Of a stretch of 64,000 bases of DNA, positions 50,285 through 63,560 are shown piece after piece. The first letter of the stretch is position 1, and each line of letters starts with the position of its first letter. Location of the stretch: positions 395,114 through 459,113 of the forward strand of contig JAANOX010000253.1 of assembly GCA_020184695.1 (NCBI GenBank). The letters run 5' to 3'. Both the position numbers and the translations under genes were made by a program. The DNA is from Histomonas meleagridis 2922-C6/04-290x (taxonomy: Eukaryota; Protista; Parabasalia). Below the pieces are notes generated by a model that worked only from the letters and a program-made list of their open reading frames with translations, was not told the DNA's origin and did not search any database.

Positions 50285-50926
50285 ATGATAATAACATCAT
50301 TAACTTCTAAATGTCCTATAGTTGTTATTGAAAAAGATGATTATATACAAATTAATAATAAGAAATATACTTTTAATAAGCAATATACTAATATTAATAG
50401 TGAATCATTTATAATATTACTAAATGAACTAATAATTGAAACAGGAATAACTGCTGAAATAGATGAATGTGAGAGAATAATATTTACCAGTAATAATCAA
50501 TTTATTATTAATAGTTATAGTTATAATATATTTCAATTATCAGGTTTATATGATCAAATACTACCATTACCTGCTAGTTATAATAATGAAAATAATAAAT
50601 ACGAAATTTCAGCAAAATCAGTAGGAAACTATCTTTCAACACCAATATTATATATAGTATCAAACTTAGGAAAAAGTAGTTATAGAAATTTAAATAATAA
50701 TCTTAATATATCGAAAATAATATTAAGAGTAAATAATAGTTTCAGTGCTAATTATTCTATAATAGTTAATAATGCAGATTTTGCAGTAGAAATGAATACT
50801 AATGATTTATCTCATTTTAAATTAATATTGGTAAACGCTAACTTACATGAAATATATTTATTATATCCAATGTATATCACTATAAGTATAAGTGGTATGT
50901 CAGAAATGAATGAAAATATTCAATAA
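50285..50926 (+). CDS. Putative minor capsid (penton-like) protein, family A
   Basis: 213-aa ORF homologous to 44560-45280. The left copy has a ~220-bp deletion. Confidence 0.55.
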   Translation: MIITSLTSKCPIVVIEKDDYIQINNKKYTFNKQYTNINSESFIILLNELIIETGITAEIDECERIIFTSNNQFIINSYSYNIFQLSGLYDQILPLPASYNNENNKYEISAKSVGNYLSTPILYIVSNLGKSSYRNLNNNLNISKIILRVNNSFSANYSIIVNNADFAVEMNTNDLSHFKLILVNANLHEIYLLYPMYITISISGMSEMNENIQ

Positions 50927-53900
50927 TGTTATATATTTTATTTTTATTTAAAAGTATTTATGATAAATAAAGATAGTAAATTTAAAGAGATTGATGATAA
51001 CTCTAATAATATAAGTAAAATTATATAAGGATGTATTAAATAATGCTTTAATTAGACCTATTCATGAGGAATACCTTTTATCTCGATATGGTATATGTGC
51101 TTTTATAGCTCCTATTAAAAATTATCTGCATATCAGGAAGTTATATTTAATGAACCATTTTTTGAATTAATTGTTATATGTGTTCAAACTGTAAAATCTA
51201 TACCTAAAGATCTAAAAAGAACATTAAGTGATATAATATTATTTCCAGGCATATCAAAAGAATGTTTTTATGAGTTAATGAAAAATAGTCCTCCTAGTTA
51301 TTTTAATGTTGATAAGATGTGGAATGAATATCATAAAATCAAAGATCAACACACCAGATTCAATAATATATATATGAAAGCTAGAAGAATTACCTTAACT
51401 TTACCAAAAAGTATTGAGAAAAAATAAAATGCTTTTTTATTATATATAATAATATGTTTTTTTATATATGAATATGGAATCATTTGAAGAGTATATTAAA
51501 TCTGAATATAACGATAAATATAAAGTTGTTAATATTAAATATTCTCATAATATATTAACGAAAATAGGTAAAAAGACTAGAACAGCTATCAAACAATGTG
51601 TTATCTTTGTTAATGTTAAGTTTTACGATGATAAACTTAATATATTAAATGCTTTAAATCTTAAATTTATTAATAATATGCTTGCTAAAATATCAGAAAA
51701 AAAGCTTACTAATATATCATCTTCTGAAGTTAATAATAAGTTATATGAATGCTAAGAATGAAATAATCAAATGAATCAAAAATAAACTAACAGAAAAATG
51801 TGATAAGATCAAATCTAAAATTAATGATCTAAATGAATGTTTTTTTGTATTTCAGATGATATATCAAATATTGAAAGTCCCAATAAAAATTCAAATCAAA
51901 AAGTAATTGATAAAGATAAGCATGTAAAGTTTGATATGTAAAAGCATTATATAGTTATAATTTATTAAAACTATTATTTTAGTTCATATGAAGAATTCAA
52001 GCCAATAAATTGGCGTTCAAAAGTGCAACTGTTCAGAATTATTTTTGAACGATAAATTTGTTGAAAATATAGTTATTTTTAATGATGTTTAAATTACGAT
52101 AATCTTTGTATAATTTATCTATAAAAATGAATAATGTATAATTACGATAAATTTGATTAAAACTCTTGTTTGTCCACAACGTCCTGGATGTCCACGGTCG
52201 TCCTATGACATTTAACTTCTCCTAAAACTCACCCACAACACGCAATTATGCAACAATTATTATACAATAAATGCTTATTTGCTTATAAAAAATATTTTTA
52301 ATAATACCTATTTATAAAGGACAAAGACGGACAATATTATTATTATTATTCTGTTAAAATATTTATTTCACAAACAATTTATTTCAACGATTATATTTCT
52401 CAACAATTTATATTTCAACAATATATATTATTGTTAATTATATGTCCTAGATGAGATATAAAAACTATAATATAATTATTACGCAAAAGAGCATATATAC
52501 AATCATTATGTTGAAATATATTTTTCAACAATATTATGTCCGACTATGTCCTTTATAAATAGGTATTATTAAAATAATTTACTACGCAACAATATAATAT
52601 ATACAACATTATAACGTTAGGAATATATCATTGTTGCGAACTTAAAAATATGAAAAATTACAGACACGATGTTTTTATGTAATTTTATAATTGTTGCGAA
52701 ATTGCGTGTTGCGGGTAAGTTTTATAAGTAGTTAAATGTCCTAGGACAACCGTGGACATCATGGACATGCAGGACATATTATAATTTTCATCAATTTTTA
52801 TAGTATTTCTACAATATTCATTCATTATATATTATTATTATCATTATGTTAGGATATATATTTAAAAAGTTGACTTTTTATATTTTTACTGAGCGCACGT
52901 AGTGAGTGAAGCTTGAGCCGAAGGCGATATAACACACACCGAGCGAAGCGAAGTGGGGGAGTGAAACGAAGTGAAATCTCCCCTGTGTGTGTATTGATAT
53001 TACGACTTGCTGACATAATTCTACATTTGATGTCATTACCTACTATTAAATCTTTCTCAATCTTAGTCCATTTATTAAATTCATTATATGATATTTCTGT
53101 TAAAGCCTAATTTATATTGATTAAAATATCATTTGTTAAATATTGATCATGTGTATGATTTATTAATGAAAAATTATTAATAGATAAATTCTTGATAGTA
53201 TCAACTTCTATATTACCATTTACTTTTAAATCTTGATTTATAACAGTATATATTTCAAAAAAATATCCTCCTCCTCGTTAGTTCCGATATAATCTTTATT
53301 AGAAATAATTCCTGTCAACTTATTATCGATATTTTCTAAATTTGCACTTGTTAAATAATCAGTATGTATAATTTAATAATGAATATCTATCATCATGGTT
53401 ATGATCGTTTAAAAAAATATTATCAGTAGATATGTTATTAATAGAATTACAATTTATATTACCAGCATTGCTAAAACTAATTGTTTTACCTCCTTTTGCT
53501 TGAAAACTTATAGTATCAGTTAAAGCTCTCATTCTCCAAGTATTATCTTTATTATAATCATCTTTATAATGAAAATCAATATATTCTCCTACTTCCATAA
53601 CACCATTTGTTTTAACAGTAGCTATACAAGGTATGTTTATTGCTGTATTAGATCCTCCGCCAGAACTATCATAAATATAATATCCATTTATTTTTATAGC
53701 AGTTAGATTACCGTTAACATTTAAATCGTTATCAATAATGTTATGTGTATGTGATATTAAAGAATATATTTCATCATGATTATGATTCTTTCGAAGCAAA
53801 AATTCTCTGTAGAATAACCATTAATATTATTTACTAACATATCAGATGTTTTAACACTATTACTTTCCTGATCGATTTTAATAAATTCCTTATATAAGTC

Positions 53901-56900
53901 CAATACTTTATCAATATTACTAAACATTTGATTTAGATAAGCATTATTCATTATATTAGATCCTGTAATAATATCACTTACTAAATAATCGTTTATTAAA
54001 ACAAGACCTTTGATACTGGAATCTAGAGGATTAATTATTAAATGACATCTTCCATAAGTAAATATTATAAATAATTTATCTACACTATTAATTGTTAATG
54101 AACAAATACCATTAGATAAGGTATCAGAAGTTTTACTATGTTTATAATATACTACACTATTTTTATTCATTAAAGATTTAAGTATAGTTTCAATTCTATT
54201 AGATTCAATCATATTTTATACTAATTAAAATGAGAACTGAAAAGCAACTTACTACTCATGCATCAGAATTACCTATAGAACAAAAATTATACTAATTTAG
54301 ATATTGAAGAATATGAAAGAGATTTAACTAATGTAAATAAAAATAATGGTTATACATTTCGTCATCCACAACGTTGGTTAGAATCCCCTAGTCAAAATAA
54401 AGTAGTTGGAATAAGACGTTTAGAAATCATACCTACATCACATGTAATTGCATTAAAATGTATTGTAAAAAATGGAGATAAAGAACAAAAAGAAACTATA
54501 GTTAGTATTCAAATAATGAGTCATAATAATTTATTACTATAGAAATACCTTTACGAATACCATTATCATATTTCTTATTATTATTTAATATGAGATATTA
54601 TCCAAACTGGGATGGAAAATTATCAATAGAATTAATGCCATCGTATCAAAATTTGGTAATAGTTCCAATTGTTGATATGTCTAAAGTTCAAGATACAGTC
54701 TTACAAAATGATTATAAAATAGATTTTAGTTTCAGAAATATTAATGAAACTGTTAATAATAATATTAATAAAACAACTAATACAACCGTCATATCACAAA
54801 CATTTAAATATAATACACAAATTACAAAAGATGTTAAAATTAAATTAGTAGAATATATGTTAAAAAATTAATGATTTAGATACTGCTGCTACGATAGGTG
54901 TAAGACATTGTGATACATTGTTTACAGTATTTAGAATAAATCAATATAGTAGAACGTGCTTTATTAACCCACAATTAGAATATAGATTTAATATTGATTG
55001 TAAAATATCTTCAAGAGAATCATATGAAACTATCAATGATTCTAAACATTTAAATATGACATTGGATGCATTGAATTTAAATGTTAGTTTATTAAGTAGT
55101 ATAAATAATGATATTAAAACTTCATTACAACCATATTATTATAAATATGTATATGATGATGATAGTTCTAGAATAACAAAAAAACAAGTTTGGCATGGTA
55201 AAGATAATAGTAATTTTTTCATTGGTTTACCATTTGCTGAGGGTGAAGATTTTCAAGGTGGTATCTCTACAACTGGCACTGTTCAAATAGAATTACATGG
55301 TAATAGAATACCCAGTAGTAAAGGTGGTAGTAATAGTATTTTAAATATGGATTTCATATCACCAGTTGGCATATATTTCGAAGATGCTATATTAAAAATT
55401 TGTTTAATGAAACCAGATGGTGGATCTCAAATAGAAATTACCAACGCATCTATTGAACAAGTTTTAGCTGGATTTACTAGATAAAAATATTTTTAATTTT
55501 ATATGTTTTTAATATTTTTTTCTTCACTCAGAGCATACAGTAATATCATTAATGTTATGATTATACATTAATATATATCTACCTTTTTTAACATTATGTA
55601 ATGGTGGTTTAATTTTTATATTAATAAATTTATTATAGTTATCATTATCATATATATTATATATATTATTAATACCTAATTTTTTACATTTTTTAATATT
55701 ATTACTATTTGCAACTATTACAACATATTTATATATTACTAAATCATTAATATAAAAATTGATTAATTCAATATATGATATTTGTTTAATAATAAATATT
55801 TTATTTAATTTCATTTTTTTAATAATATTAAATATATCAGTCATATATACTTTTTATATAATAAAAATATGTCAGTTCCACATTCTCATGTATTAAGTTG
55901 TTCAAAATGATTCCTCGCAAAAGTAAATACAAATATTAATTCACCACAGCAAAACCAAAATGTTAATGTTGTTGTAAATCCTTTTGAAGCATCACATGAT
56001 GCCGGGTTATGTAATAACCTTAAAGTTGATGTTAAATATCCATATAATAACAATAATAATGAACTTACTGTAGAAAGAAGCATAGAAACAGCAAATGAAT
56101 TAAACAATAATATTCAACAAATTATTCATAATAAAAATAATCTTATTCAAGCATTAATTTTAATAATAGATATTATTGAAAATAACCCATTAATAGTAAA
56201 TAAGTATGTTATTGCTGAAGAAAATGAACTAATCAAATTAATACAGTTATTATGTGATACTGATGAAATAAAATTATTAAAAGCAGATACTGATAGTTAT
56301 TGTTGTAAAAGCAATCCTTATGATTATGTTAGTAAAATATATGTTAAGAAGAATAATGAAACATTTAATTTAAAATATACTTATCCAGATGTCATAGAAT
56401 TTCTTGATAAACGACATATCAGTTTAAAATTTGTAAAATCTACAGGGTTAATTTATAAACAGTAATATTTTATAAAATATTAATATATTATTTGTATATT
56501 TTTATTTATAAAAAAATAATGAATTTTACAATGATATATATTTTACTTTTATCGACAATATACATAAAGGGGATTTGAAACCATATGCAAAGCATCACAA
56601 TGGAATTGTGAAGTGTGTCTGTCTGTTTTTTTTTTTTTTTTTTTAAATAGTAAAAATTGAATTATATTTACCATCAATCATTAAAGCTTCTATCGGCACT
56701 TATCGTTGTAGCTAATGTTTGATGTAAACTATGCAAAAGTCGAATTTGGCACTTTTTTGAGTGAAAGAATAAATTTATTTTGTGCTAATCATGATATTAT
56801 TCTTAGTTATTCATTAATCATAGATGCAACATTGTATATATATTATATATTCATAATATCAAGATCGTAGGATGATCGCTATATGCGATGGTACAAAATC

Positions 56901-56989
56901 GCAAGTTGAGTTTTATATGTTATTAATAGAAACATAATTATTTCTAAAATTAAAGATTAGTATACTTAAAATATTATTGATTTATTGAG

Positions 56990-57850
56990 AAAAATTTTGG
57001 GTAAATAAAATGATGATATTGATATTGCAATAGAAGGATGTGATTGTCGTGCTTTTTAATGAAAAATAAAATGAAATATTTCCAATACAAAAATACTGAT
57101 ATGTAAAAACTTATCACAATTGAACACATTTTATTAATAATGAATTTTGGATTGATATTTGTTCTTTAAGACTGATGATTTTACTTATTCAGATACAAAT
57201 TCACTTGGAAAACCATTATCCGATGCGATATACATATGGTTTTGAAAATATATTTTATATTTCTTGCTTGATTTTAATGAGCGGACTCCATTGTAAAAAT
57301 TGTCATGTGCGTTCTAACAACAACACTGAAATTTAAAACCAGCAACTAAAATTAAATGTTGTAAAATTGTTAGCCAAAAAAGCAGAACAAGCAGAAGAAG
57401 ACGCTAAGAAATGAGTTGCTGAATACAAGCATCAAGTAATCATTGAAGAGGAAGATGATGATGGTGAATTTGATGATTCTCAATGTCATGATATTTTGGT
57501 TACTAAATATTTCGTTGTGGCAAAACATTTGAAAACAAATATATTGCTCTTGAATATTTGAGTTTGCATGGATTTAGGTTTTCATATCTAGAAAAATTTA
57601 AAGACAGAAAAAGGTTTATTGAACACCTTGTCGAGAAAGTTATTGTTGATAATTGTTGTGTATGTTGTTCTTGTCAATTCAAGAAACTTTCTTCCATTGC
57701 GTGATCACGCAATTTCTTTTAAGGAAGAATTACCAGATTATTACGCAATGGGAACTTGTGTTTGTGAGTACAACCAATGCATTGATGAAAATGATGAAAT
57801 GCGCTTATGTCCGATGAATGAAATAAAACCGCTGTCTTTATCATCGTAAC
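56990..57850 (+). pseudogene. CCA-enzyme fragment fused to C2H2 zinc-finger fragment (copy 5 of 6)
   Basis: KILGK*NDDIDIAIEGCDC...DICSLR...GKPLSDA (compare the CCA enzyme GTP.EDA motif), then switches at ~57235 to the zinc-finger gene 5' region. Confidence 0.7.
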
Positions 57851-58141
57851 CGTCAATTTTTCAAATAACCAAAGAAATATAATTAAAACAATAACAGGTA
57901 CCTAAAGCTGTGATATGTTCATATTATGATAATATTTTTTTTAAATTTCGGATTATATATTTCTTCAAATTCTAATAGGCAATTCGAATAACAAAAATAG
58001 CTCACTAATGAGATTTACTTTTAAAAGTATGGATGGATCCATCGTTTGTGAAAGAGATTTCATTCATATTTTTGAATATCTTCATTATAAAATGCATCTT
58101 CATAAAAATAAAGTGGTTCATATGTATTTAAGTTCGATCTT

Positions 58142-58771
58142 CTAGTATTTTTCTGAACCTTTCTTTTCTTTTTTCATTTGGTTTATTCCTTTCTTTTGCT
58201 CATATTGTTCACTATCACATGATTCTTCGTTCTCAATACATTCCTTCTGACTTTTAGAAGTTTTTTTTGGATTCTTTCTTTTTTCAATGGGTGAAATTGG
58301 TTTTGATATTTTTTTTGTTTTAACTTTTGTTATCTTTTTTGTTCTTGTTTTGATAGATCTTCTAAATGTTTTAAATTCAAGTGTTAACAATCCTACCACG
58401 TTCTTGCTTTTATTTATTGTTGATTGCTTCAAATAAAAGTTTTTAATAATTTTTTTGTTTATTTTGTTTAATTTTGATATTGAAAATATTATTGTGTCTA
58501 CAATCTTAATCTTATGATATTCATCAATGAATTGATATATATCAATAAATAATGAATCTAATTTAGGCTCTTTACATTTAAAAAAGAATTCATCATTCCA
58601 TATAGGATTTTGCGTTTTTTCTTGAATAGAAGAAACAAAACAATTGGTTGGGAATTGACTTCTTAGACATAAAGCAACAAATGTATTAGGTAGTGTCTCA
58701 TTTTCTCCATCATAATTTAAATATTGTGCTTTGGATACTTTCACATGAATTAATGCTGCCATGGACAACAA
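58142..58771 (-). CDS. C2-domain protein (more intact copy)
   Basis: 209-aa ORF with C2 consensus. Confidence 0.8.
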   Translation of the reverse strand: MLSMAALIHVKVSKAQYLNYDGENETLPNTFVALCLRSQFPTNCFVSSIQEKTQNPIWNDEFFFKCKEPKLDSLFIDIYQFIDEYHKIKIVDTIIFSISKLNKINKKIIKNFYLKQSTINKSKNVVGLLTLEFKTFRRSIKTRTKKITKVKTKKISKPISPIEKRKNPKKTSKSQKECIENEESCDSEQYEQKKGINQMKKEKKGSEKY

Positions 58772-59889
58772 TAAAATAATAAAAAATTTTATGTTAACTT
58801 ATTTATAAAAAGTAAAATTATACATAATAATGATAAAATAGTTTTTTGTTTTTGTCTTCTAAATTTTTTACAATAATGAAATAAAATACGTCTTCTTGTT
58901 GTATTCATAACTATCGTAAAAAAGTACATATGTACAGCCAGACATATTACAACAAAATTACAAAATTGACTCTTGCAAGAAGAAGTTACAATCCGAAGAT
59001 AGTGCCGCCCTATAACTCCTCCTTTTAGATCATATTACATATAAATTTCTTCTTTCCAAAATGAACCAAAGATGGAAAGAATCTGTAAATAAAAAAATCA
59101 AAAATAGGGAGACACCCTATTTTTCCTTAGCACAACCAAATTTTGACATTGATATACGAACAGAATCAATCTATTTTCCACCATTTTAGATTAATCAAAT
59201 ATTGCAATTTCCAGACAAGACAAAACAGTTAATTTTATTCTCCAAGGAAAAAAAATCAGTAATTATTTTTTTGTTTATGAAAAATCAAGATTAATTACCA
59301 AAAATTCAAAAAAATAAACGAAACAAAAATCTAAAAACTTCAATCACTTCACTCTGTTCTTCCATATTTAATCAAAAAACTTCATAATTTAGTTTCGAAA
59401 CAAGCTTCAGTTGAAACAATTTTAGAAGCCAAAGGAGCATAAGAACGAATTTAATAAAAATATACAAAACACAAAAACGAGAAAATCAGCAACTTCGCAA
59501 ACTAGTTAAAAAAACAGAAAACAAAAGAATCTCAACTCTCAATGAAGAACAAAACGAATTAATTCAAAATATTTTGGAATTAAAAAATGAATAATCAAGA
59601 AATTGAATAATTATTTCAAATTAATTACAAAAAAAATAAAAAGTTAAATGATGAAATATCAGAAAAAAATTAAAAAAATGCATATGTGGAACTAAATAAA
59701 CAGTTAAAAAACGATTTCCTCTTCCTTCAACTTTCCATTTTCTTGTGCACAAAATTTTTGAATAATTTACTTAATCTAACAGAAATAAAGCAGAAGGCAA
59801 CATTTCTACAGACGGAATTGAAACATCCTAAAGGGATTCACCAGAAATTAACCAATTTTTCTAACCCACCACTTTTTTTAATTATGTTT

Positions 59890-60880
59890 TGTTTTATGTA
59901 TCAATTTTTTTCAACCGATTTTAGCAGGGATAATATTTTATCATTTCTGTGCACCAATAAAAACAGCTTTTTTTAATATAAGCAAAATTGGAGAGAATAA
60001 AGGAAAAAAGAAAAACATTGCTTATGTTTCATCTTTTTATTATTTTCTTGAATCAAAACTTCAAAGACATCCAACAAAATAATATATTGAATGCTTCATC
60101 AAACTTCTAAAAATGATATCAGAAGAAGCTGATTTTTATCTTTATAATAATGAATTAGGATTAGAAATACTTCAACTAAACACAAGTATACGATCTCTTT
60201 ACATTAACTTTACGTATAAATCACCATATGACATTTGTAATATACAAAAATACAAAAAGCAATATGTTGAAATTGCACAAAAAAATTATTATAAGTGAAA
60301 ACCTTGACTCCATATGGAATTCCAAAATATGTTTACTTGAATATGTAAGTAATTTTTCCGTATGATTATAAATACATATTTTTGGATTGATGTCGGGATA
60401 AATAAAAAAAGACGAATTTCACAGGACTTCAAATACCATCTCAAAAACGCGTTGAGAAAATATTTGAAACACATCCACAATTTTTAATCGAACTTAATGA
60501 TATACAATATCTTTCTGGCAAAGAATATGAGCCACTAAAAGAACTTGATCCGAATTTTGCTAATTTTGTAATTGGGGGATTTTTTGGTGGTCGAAGAGAA
60601 TCCATTAAAAAACAAAAGAATTGTTCTTTAAAGTTCACGACTTATACCTTTCACAATGTAAAAATGTTGTCAGAGAAGAAAATGTTTTTAATGCATTGTT
60701 TATGTATTATCCAGATTACTTTATGGGATTGTACATAAAGTCTAAATGCTATAAGTGTGACGGCGGAATTTCATTCGTTTCGAATATAAATAGATGCGAA
60801 TTAAATAATCAAATAATTTTTCTCCAGAGTTGAAAACAATAAATTTGTATTAAAGAAGAGAATTTGGGAAGATGGTTATA
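59890..60880 (+). pseudogene. HtrL/YibB-like gene, mirrored copy
   Basis: Reverse complement of 22799-23788 with different homopolymer frameshifts. Confidence 0.45.
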
Positions 60881-61256
60881 AATAAAGAGAGGTAGTCAAC
60901 TTGGTGTTACTTTTTGATGCTTTTTTTATGTGTGTTTTTTAATGTATAGCTATAGATTAGATTAATGCTATTGGAATTTTAAAATAAGAATATTTTTATT
61001 GATCATCTTATCTAAATTAATAATAATATTATATTAAGCTTCTTTATTTATAAATTGATTCACGCCCTGATTTATTAATCTCTACTCAATTCTTCATATT
61101 TGAAGGAATTTTGTTTTTATTTTTATATTATAACAATTTGATTACATTAAATTCTTTCTCTTTAACTCGACATAGTTTAGAAAATCTTAAATCAGGGAAA
61201 TAATAATGAACTGTATTATCATTAACGGCAAAAGTCTTTTGGACCTTTCTATTAAT

Positions 61257-61928
61257 TTATCTACATCCATACCATACATAGTGTTGAAAGAAATAAACTC
61301 TATCAAGTGGACCACGAAAAGATCCACAAAGCTCTAAATCTTGTGGATACTTTTCTTCAGGACATAAAGTCAAATTAGTAAAATCACTATTATATATTTT
61401 CTGCAAATCTTCATTGTCAAATGAATATTCCAAAAAGTTAAATGATGTTGCATCAACAATACTAATGTTTAATCTATGTAAGAATTCATTATGACAAACA
61501 TCTTCGGCTAATTTACAATGAAATATAACATTTTTATAAATCGGAAGCATTAATTCGACCGCTTTCCTAGAATAAAGATATCCAGAACCACCTTGAAGAA
61601 ACTCTTTGGTTGAAGGAATCTTAACACAAGAGCCTAAAATCACTGGTTCTGTAAGTGGATCATATTTCATCTCTAGTGATTTAAAGTATGATTCTGTATG
61701 TTTTACATTAATAACATTATCATCAGCACCTCTATGAAGCCATTTATAATCTGTTTCGTATAAAAAATATGAAAGACCAAAATACGTCTTAGGAAAAATA
61801 TCAATGCTTTTAAAATCATATTCTCCAAAATTTTTAATTTTAGATGTTATGTCACCATAATATTGGGGAACTTTAAGATTTAATATATCTTGTTGGTTTT
61901 CTTGTGTTGTTTTATAGATATTTTTCCA

Positions 61929-61965
<37 letters not shown>

Positions 61966-62015
61966 GCTTTATAACCAGACAATTGATTTAAATCATTAAC
62001 AAAGAATTTTGACAT
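61257..62015 (-). CDS. GT31/Fringe-like glycosyltransferase (open copy)
   Basis: 252-aa ORF with HRGADDNVIN, FLQGGSGY and EDV. The N-terminal YIYIYI stretch comes from an (AT)n microsatellite, so the true start is uncertain. Confidence 0.7.
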
Positions 62016-62229
62016 AGCTAAATGTCTATTACTCTTTGCTATTGATACATTATAAACAACACGTCAAATTAATGTTTTCGAAAATTGCAATACACAATGA
62101 AATACATCTGATCTAGGGTTGGAATCAGCACCATTAAAACATATTAAACAAGATTGCCCAAGATCTTCAAGGTTAACATTTTGTGCAAAATTTGTTAAAG
62201 ATAATTATACATTCAATAGAAAAAAAAAA

Positions 62230-62770
62230 CTCTTATTGACCAAATACGTCAAGTGTATGATTCATTTCCGATACCAACAGTCGCAAGAATAGTTGGAGGA
62301 TGGGTTCGTAACAAAATTTTGGGTAAATAAAATGATGATATTGATATTGCAATTGAAGAGGAAGATGATGATGGTGAATTTGATGATTCTCAATGTCATG
62401 ATATTTTGGTTACTAAATATTTCGTTGTGGCAAAACATTTGAAAACAAATATATTGCTCTTGAATATTTGAGTTTGCATGGATTTAGGTTTTCATATCTA
62501 GAAAAATTTAAAGACAGAAAAAGGTTTATTGAACACCTTGTCGAGAAAGTTATTGTTGATAATTGTTGTGTATGTTGTTCTTGTCAATTCAAGAAACTTT
62601 CTTCCGATTGCGTGATCACGCATTTCTTTTTAAGGAAGAATTACCAGATTATTACGCAATGGGAACTTGTGTTTGTGAGTACAACCAATGCATTGATGAA
62701 AATGATGAAATGCACTGTATGTCCGATGAATGAAATAAAATCGCTGTCTTTATCATCGTAACCGTCAATT
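62230..62770 (+). pseudogene. CCA fragment plus zinc-finger fragment (copy 6 of 6)
   Basis: PTVARIVGGWVRNKILGK*NDDIDIAI fused to EEEDDDGEF. Mirror of 20550-21098. Confidence 0.7.
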
Positions 62771-62949
62771 TTCGAATAATTTTGCCACCAGATTTGAACA
62801 ATTGGCAAATATAAAAGGGACAAATAACATCGCATCGAGTGGAAGTTGATGAGTTTCCTTGACGAGGTGCAGCGCACTGTGCGCATAAATATCAGTAAAA
62901 ACTCTTAAAATTTTGTGTTTGGATTTGTTTATTAAATCCAAAGGTAATG

Positions 62950-63560
62950 AATTACCTTATTCTTCTTTAGAAGCGAAACAGCGACGTCAACAATGAGTTG
63001 TAGCGATAACGGCACTGTGTGTCCGACGCGTTGCCTATTTCCCGAGCAATTTGCGCCCATTTGTTACCATAGGTGCTATGCAACTGGCGTTTTTATGTCA
63101 TCGTGCAGTGTCTACACCCTGTTTCGTATGCCTGGGTAAATAACCTTTTGCCATCTTAGTTTGCCTTGCGAACAATCTCTTCCGTTCCCGACAGTGGCGA
63201 TCAGGCTCCATTGTGTACCGTACAAGTAAATGCCGCATAGCAAGCGATTGTCTTCGGCATACTTCCAGTGACGTGTAACTTGTCGACCTTGAGAGTTACA
63301 CTTGAAGATGTCGCCTTCAACTGGAAGTGGTGGCTGGTTTCTGCAACTTAAGATCTCGTTGAGGCGCGACTGGAGCTAAACTGCCCATTGGTAACAAATT
63401 GATGTAGTTTATTGCTGCTTCTGTGTTTTCCCTGTTCTGTATGATCGATGTCAAGCAGCTGCTTTTGTCATTTATGCTTTGCTCTGGATATTTGTTGCCA
63501 CCAAGAATGATTTCAAGACAGAAGTTGACGAGCTGCGCGTGGTTCGCAGCAGTCATGCTT
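62950..63560 (-). pseudogene. Myb gene, mirrored and error-rich copy of 19762-20355
   Basis: MTAANHAQLVNFCLEIILGGNKYPE, followed by frameshifts. Confidence 0.85.

Larger units (their letters stand above)
48601..56465. mobile_element. Polinton-like endogenous virus, family A, right copy
   Basis: PolB fragments 48601-50097(-), minor-capsid-like 50285-50926(+), ATPase remnant, small ORFs, terminal region to 52992, fibre 52993-54212(-), capsid chimera 54230-55484(+), small genes to 56465. Confidence 0.8.
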
